In this document: piece by piece, positions 63,064-64,000 of the stretch | How positions within the stretch are numbered: position 1 is the first letter of the stretch | How the letters are laid out: each line of letters starts with the position of its first letter | From: Camelus ferus | Lineage: Eukaryota | Direction: 5' to 3' | DNA: 64,000 nt | Assembly: GCF_009834535.1 (NCBI RefSeq) | Contig: NC_045697.1 | Location: 24,554,001 to 24,618,000, forward strand | Notes under the pieces: generated by a model | Seen by the model: the letters and a program-made list of their open reading frames with translations, nothing else | The model's database searches: none | What the model was told of the DNA's origin: nothing | Position numbers and translations under genes: made by a program

Positions 63064-63789
63064 TCTATAATATATGAGCCAAGGGATCAGGGTATCATCG
63101 CATAGTATTATAAAACTTTTTTCTTATTCTACTATGAGTGCAGATCAATAAATCCTTCCAAAGACCTTTAGAGAACTCAAAAGAAACATAAATTTTTCCA
63201 TCAGATTTTAGTCAAGATTCTATCTTTTTTCTCTACCGTTTTTGCTATTATACAAAGAATCATTTTCTGATGCAGTACAAGTTTTATTTTTTTAAAATAG
63301 TCTCCTTTAAGTGATTCTCAAAATAGTCTTTATCCATGTGTCAGTGTCCAATTTGACTTTCCTATACTGTTTTTGAAATAAGGCATATTGTTTATATTTT
63401 GTATTTATGTTTTTTTAATTAAAAATCCTTATTTCTCAAAATAAAATAAAAACTACTGATTTTTTTTTTGCTATTGAATTAAAAATAATTTATTTTTTAA
63501 GCTCTGTCTACTCTAGGAAAACTAATCTTGTTTCTGTTCCACATGTTCTGTTCCCAAATCTACAAAAAAAAAAGTTCTTGCCATTTTCTATAGAAAATTG
63601 TTTGAGAAAAATGTTTTAATCTTTATTAAGACATTTGGAATTTAGTAGATAACACTGAATTAACTATTGGTCAATTTAAAAAATCTGTATTCAAAGATAA
63701 TATGTATCAAATGAGTAGTCATAAAATAATAATATTTATAATCAAATTAGTAAACTCTCTAAGTCACTACAGGAGGCACAGAAGGGTGA

Positions 63790-63930
63790 AATTACTGGAG
63801 CTTGAAATTAGAAGAAAAGACTTGAATCCCAGCTCCTCCACTTCAACACAATCATTGCTACTTCATTGGCTGTACCTTGGCCAAGATGCTTAACTGCTAT
63901 GTTTCACTTCATTTTTATAATGGAAATATG
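63790..63930 (+). mobile_element. MIR SINE
   Basis: TTGAATCCCAGCTC...GGCTGTACCTTGGCCAAGATGCTTAAC...TATAATGG. Confidence 0.55.
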
Positions 63931-64000
63931 TAAGTCCCAAAACTGTTTTCATAAATACAGTTATCATTCAATATTATGTTAGCTGCAGGTGTACTACATT

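Noticed and set aside
1..64000. CRISPR arrays, operons, rRNA, CpG-island promoter, processed pseudogene, NUMT or non-retroviral endogenous viral element
   Set aside because: This is eukaryotic repeat-rich DNA with no regularly spaced repeats, no CpG island and no ORF resembling cellular, mitochondrial or non-retroviral proteins. Highly decayed remnants could be missed without a tBLASTn search.

Overview
AT-rich, CpG-depleted mammalian genomic DNA, most likely from a camelid (alpaca, llama or camel). That assignment rests on two tRNA-derived SINEs of the camelid type (GGGAGGGTATAGCTCA...GGTTCAATCCCCAGTAC) and young L1s with cetartiodactyl/camelid-type 3' ends, all recalled from memory and not searched. 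I cannot support any cellular protein-coding gene. The only ORFs with recognisable products are LINE-1 ORF2 fragments and a decayed ERVL reverse-transcriptase fragment, so the window reads as intergenic DNA or a large intron. It is densely layered with transposable elements: ancient L2, MIR, hAT-MER, ERVL, MaLR and L1M remnants, at least four solo LTRs with readable TG...CA ends and target-site duplications (TSDs), three TSD-bounded L1 insertions and two TSD-bounded SINEs. The most notable observations are: (1) a TSD-bounded L1 at 54.2-55.4 kb carrying about 265 bp of non-L1 sequence where its 3' UTR should be; (2) a young L1 at 39.2-40.8 kb with a two-part poly(A) tail enclosing a very short 3' transduction, and in-frame deletions in ORF2; (3) three co-oriented solo LTRs in 3.7 kb, the last with a TATA box, a poly(A) signal and a splice donor upstream of a candidate exon; (4) a 6-bp-TSD ERV2-type solo LTR nested in an old L1. 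I found no evidence of a genuinely new biological system. Repeat family names are from recalled consensus features and the boundaries of old elements are approximate.
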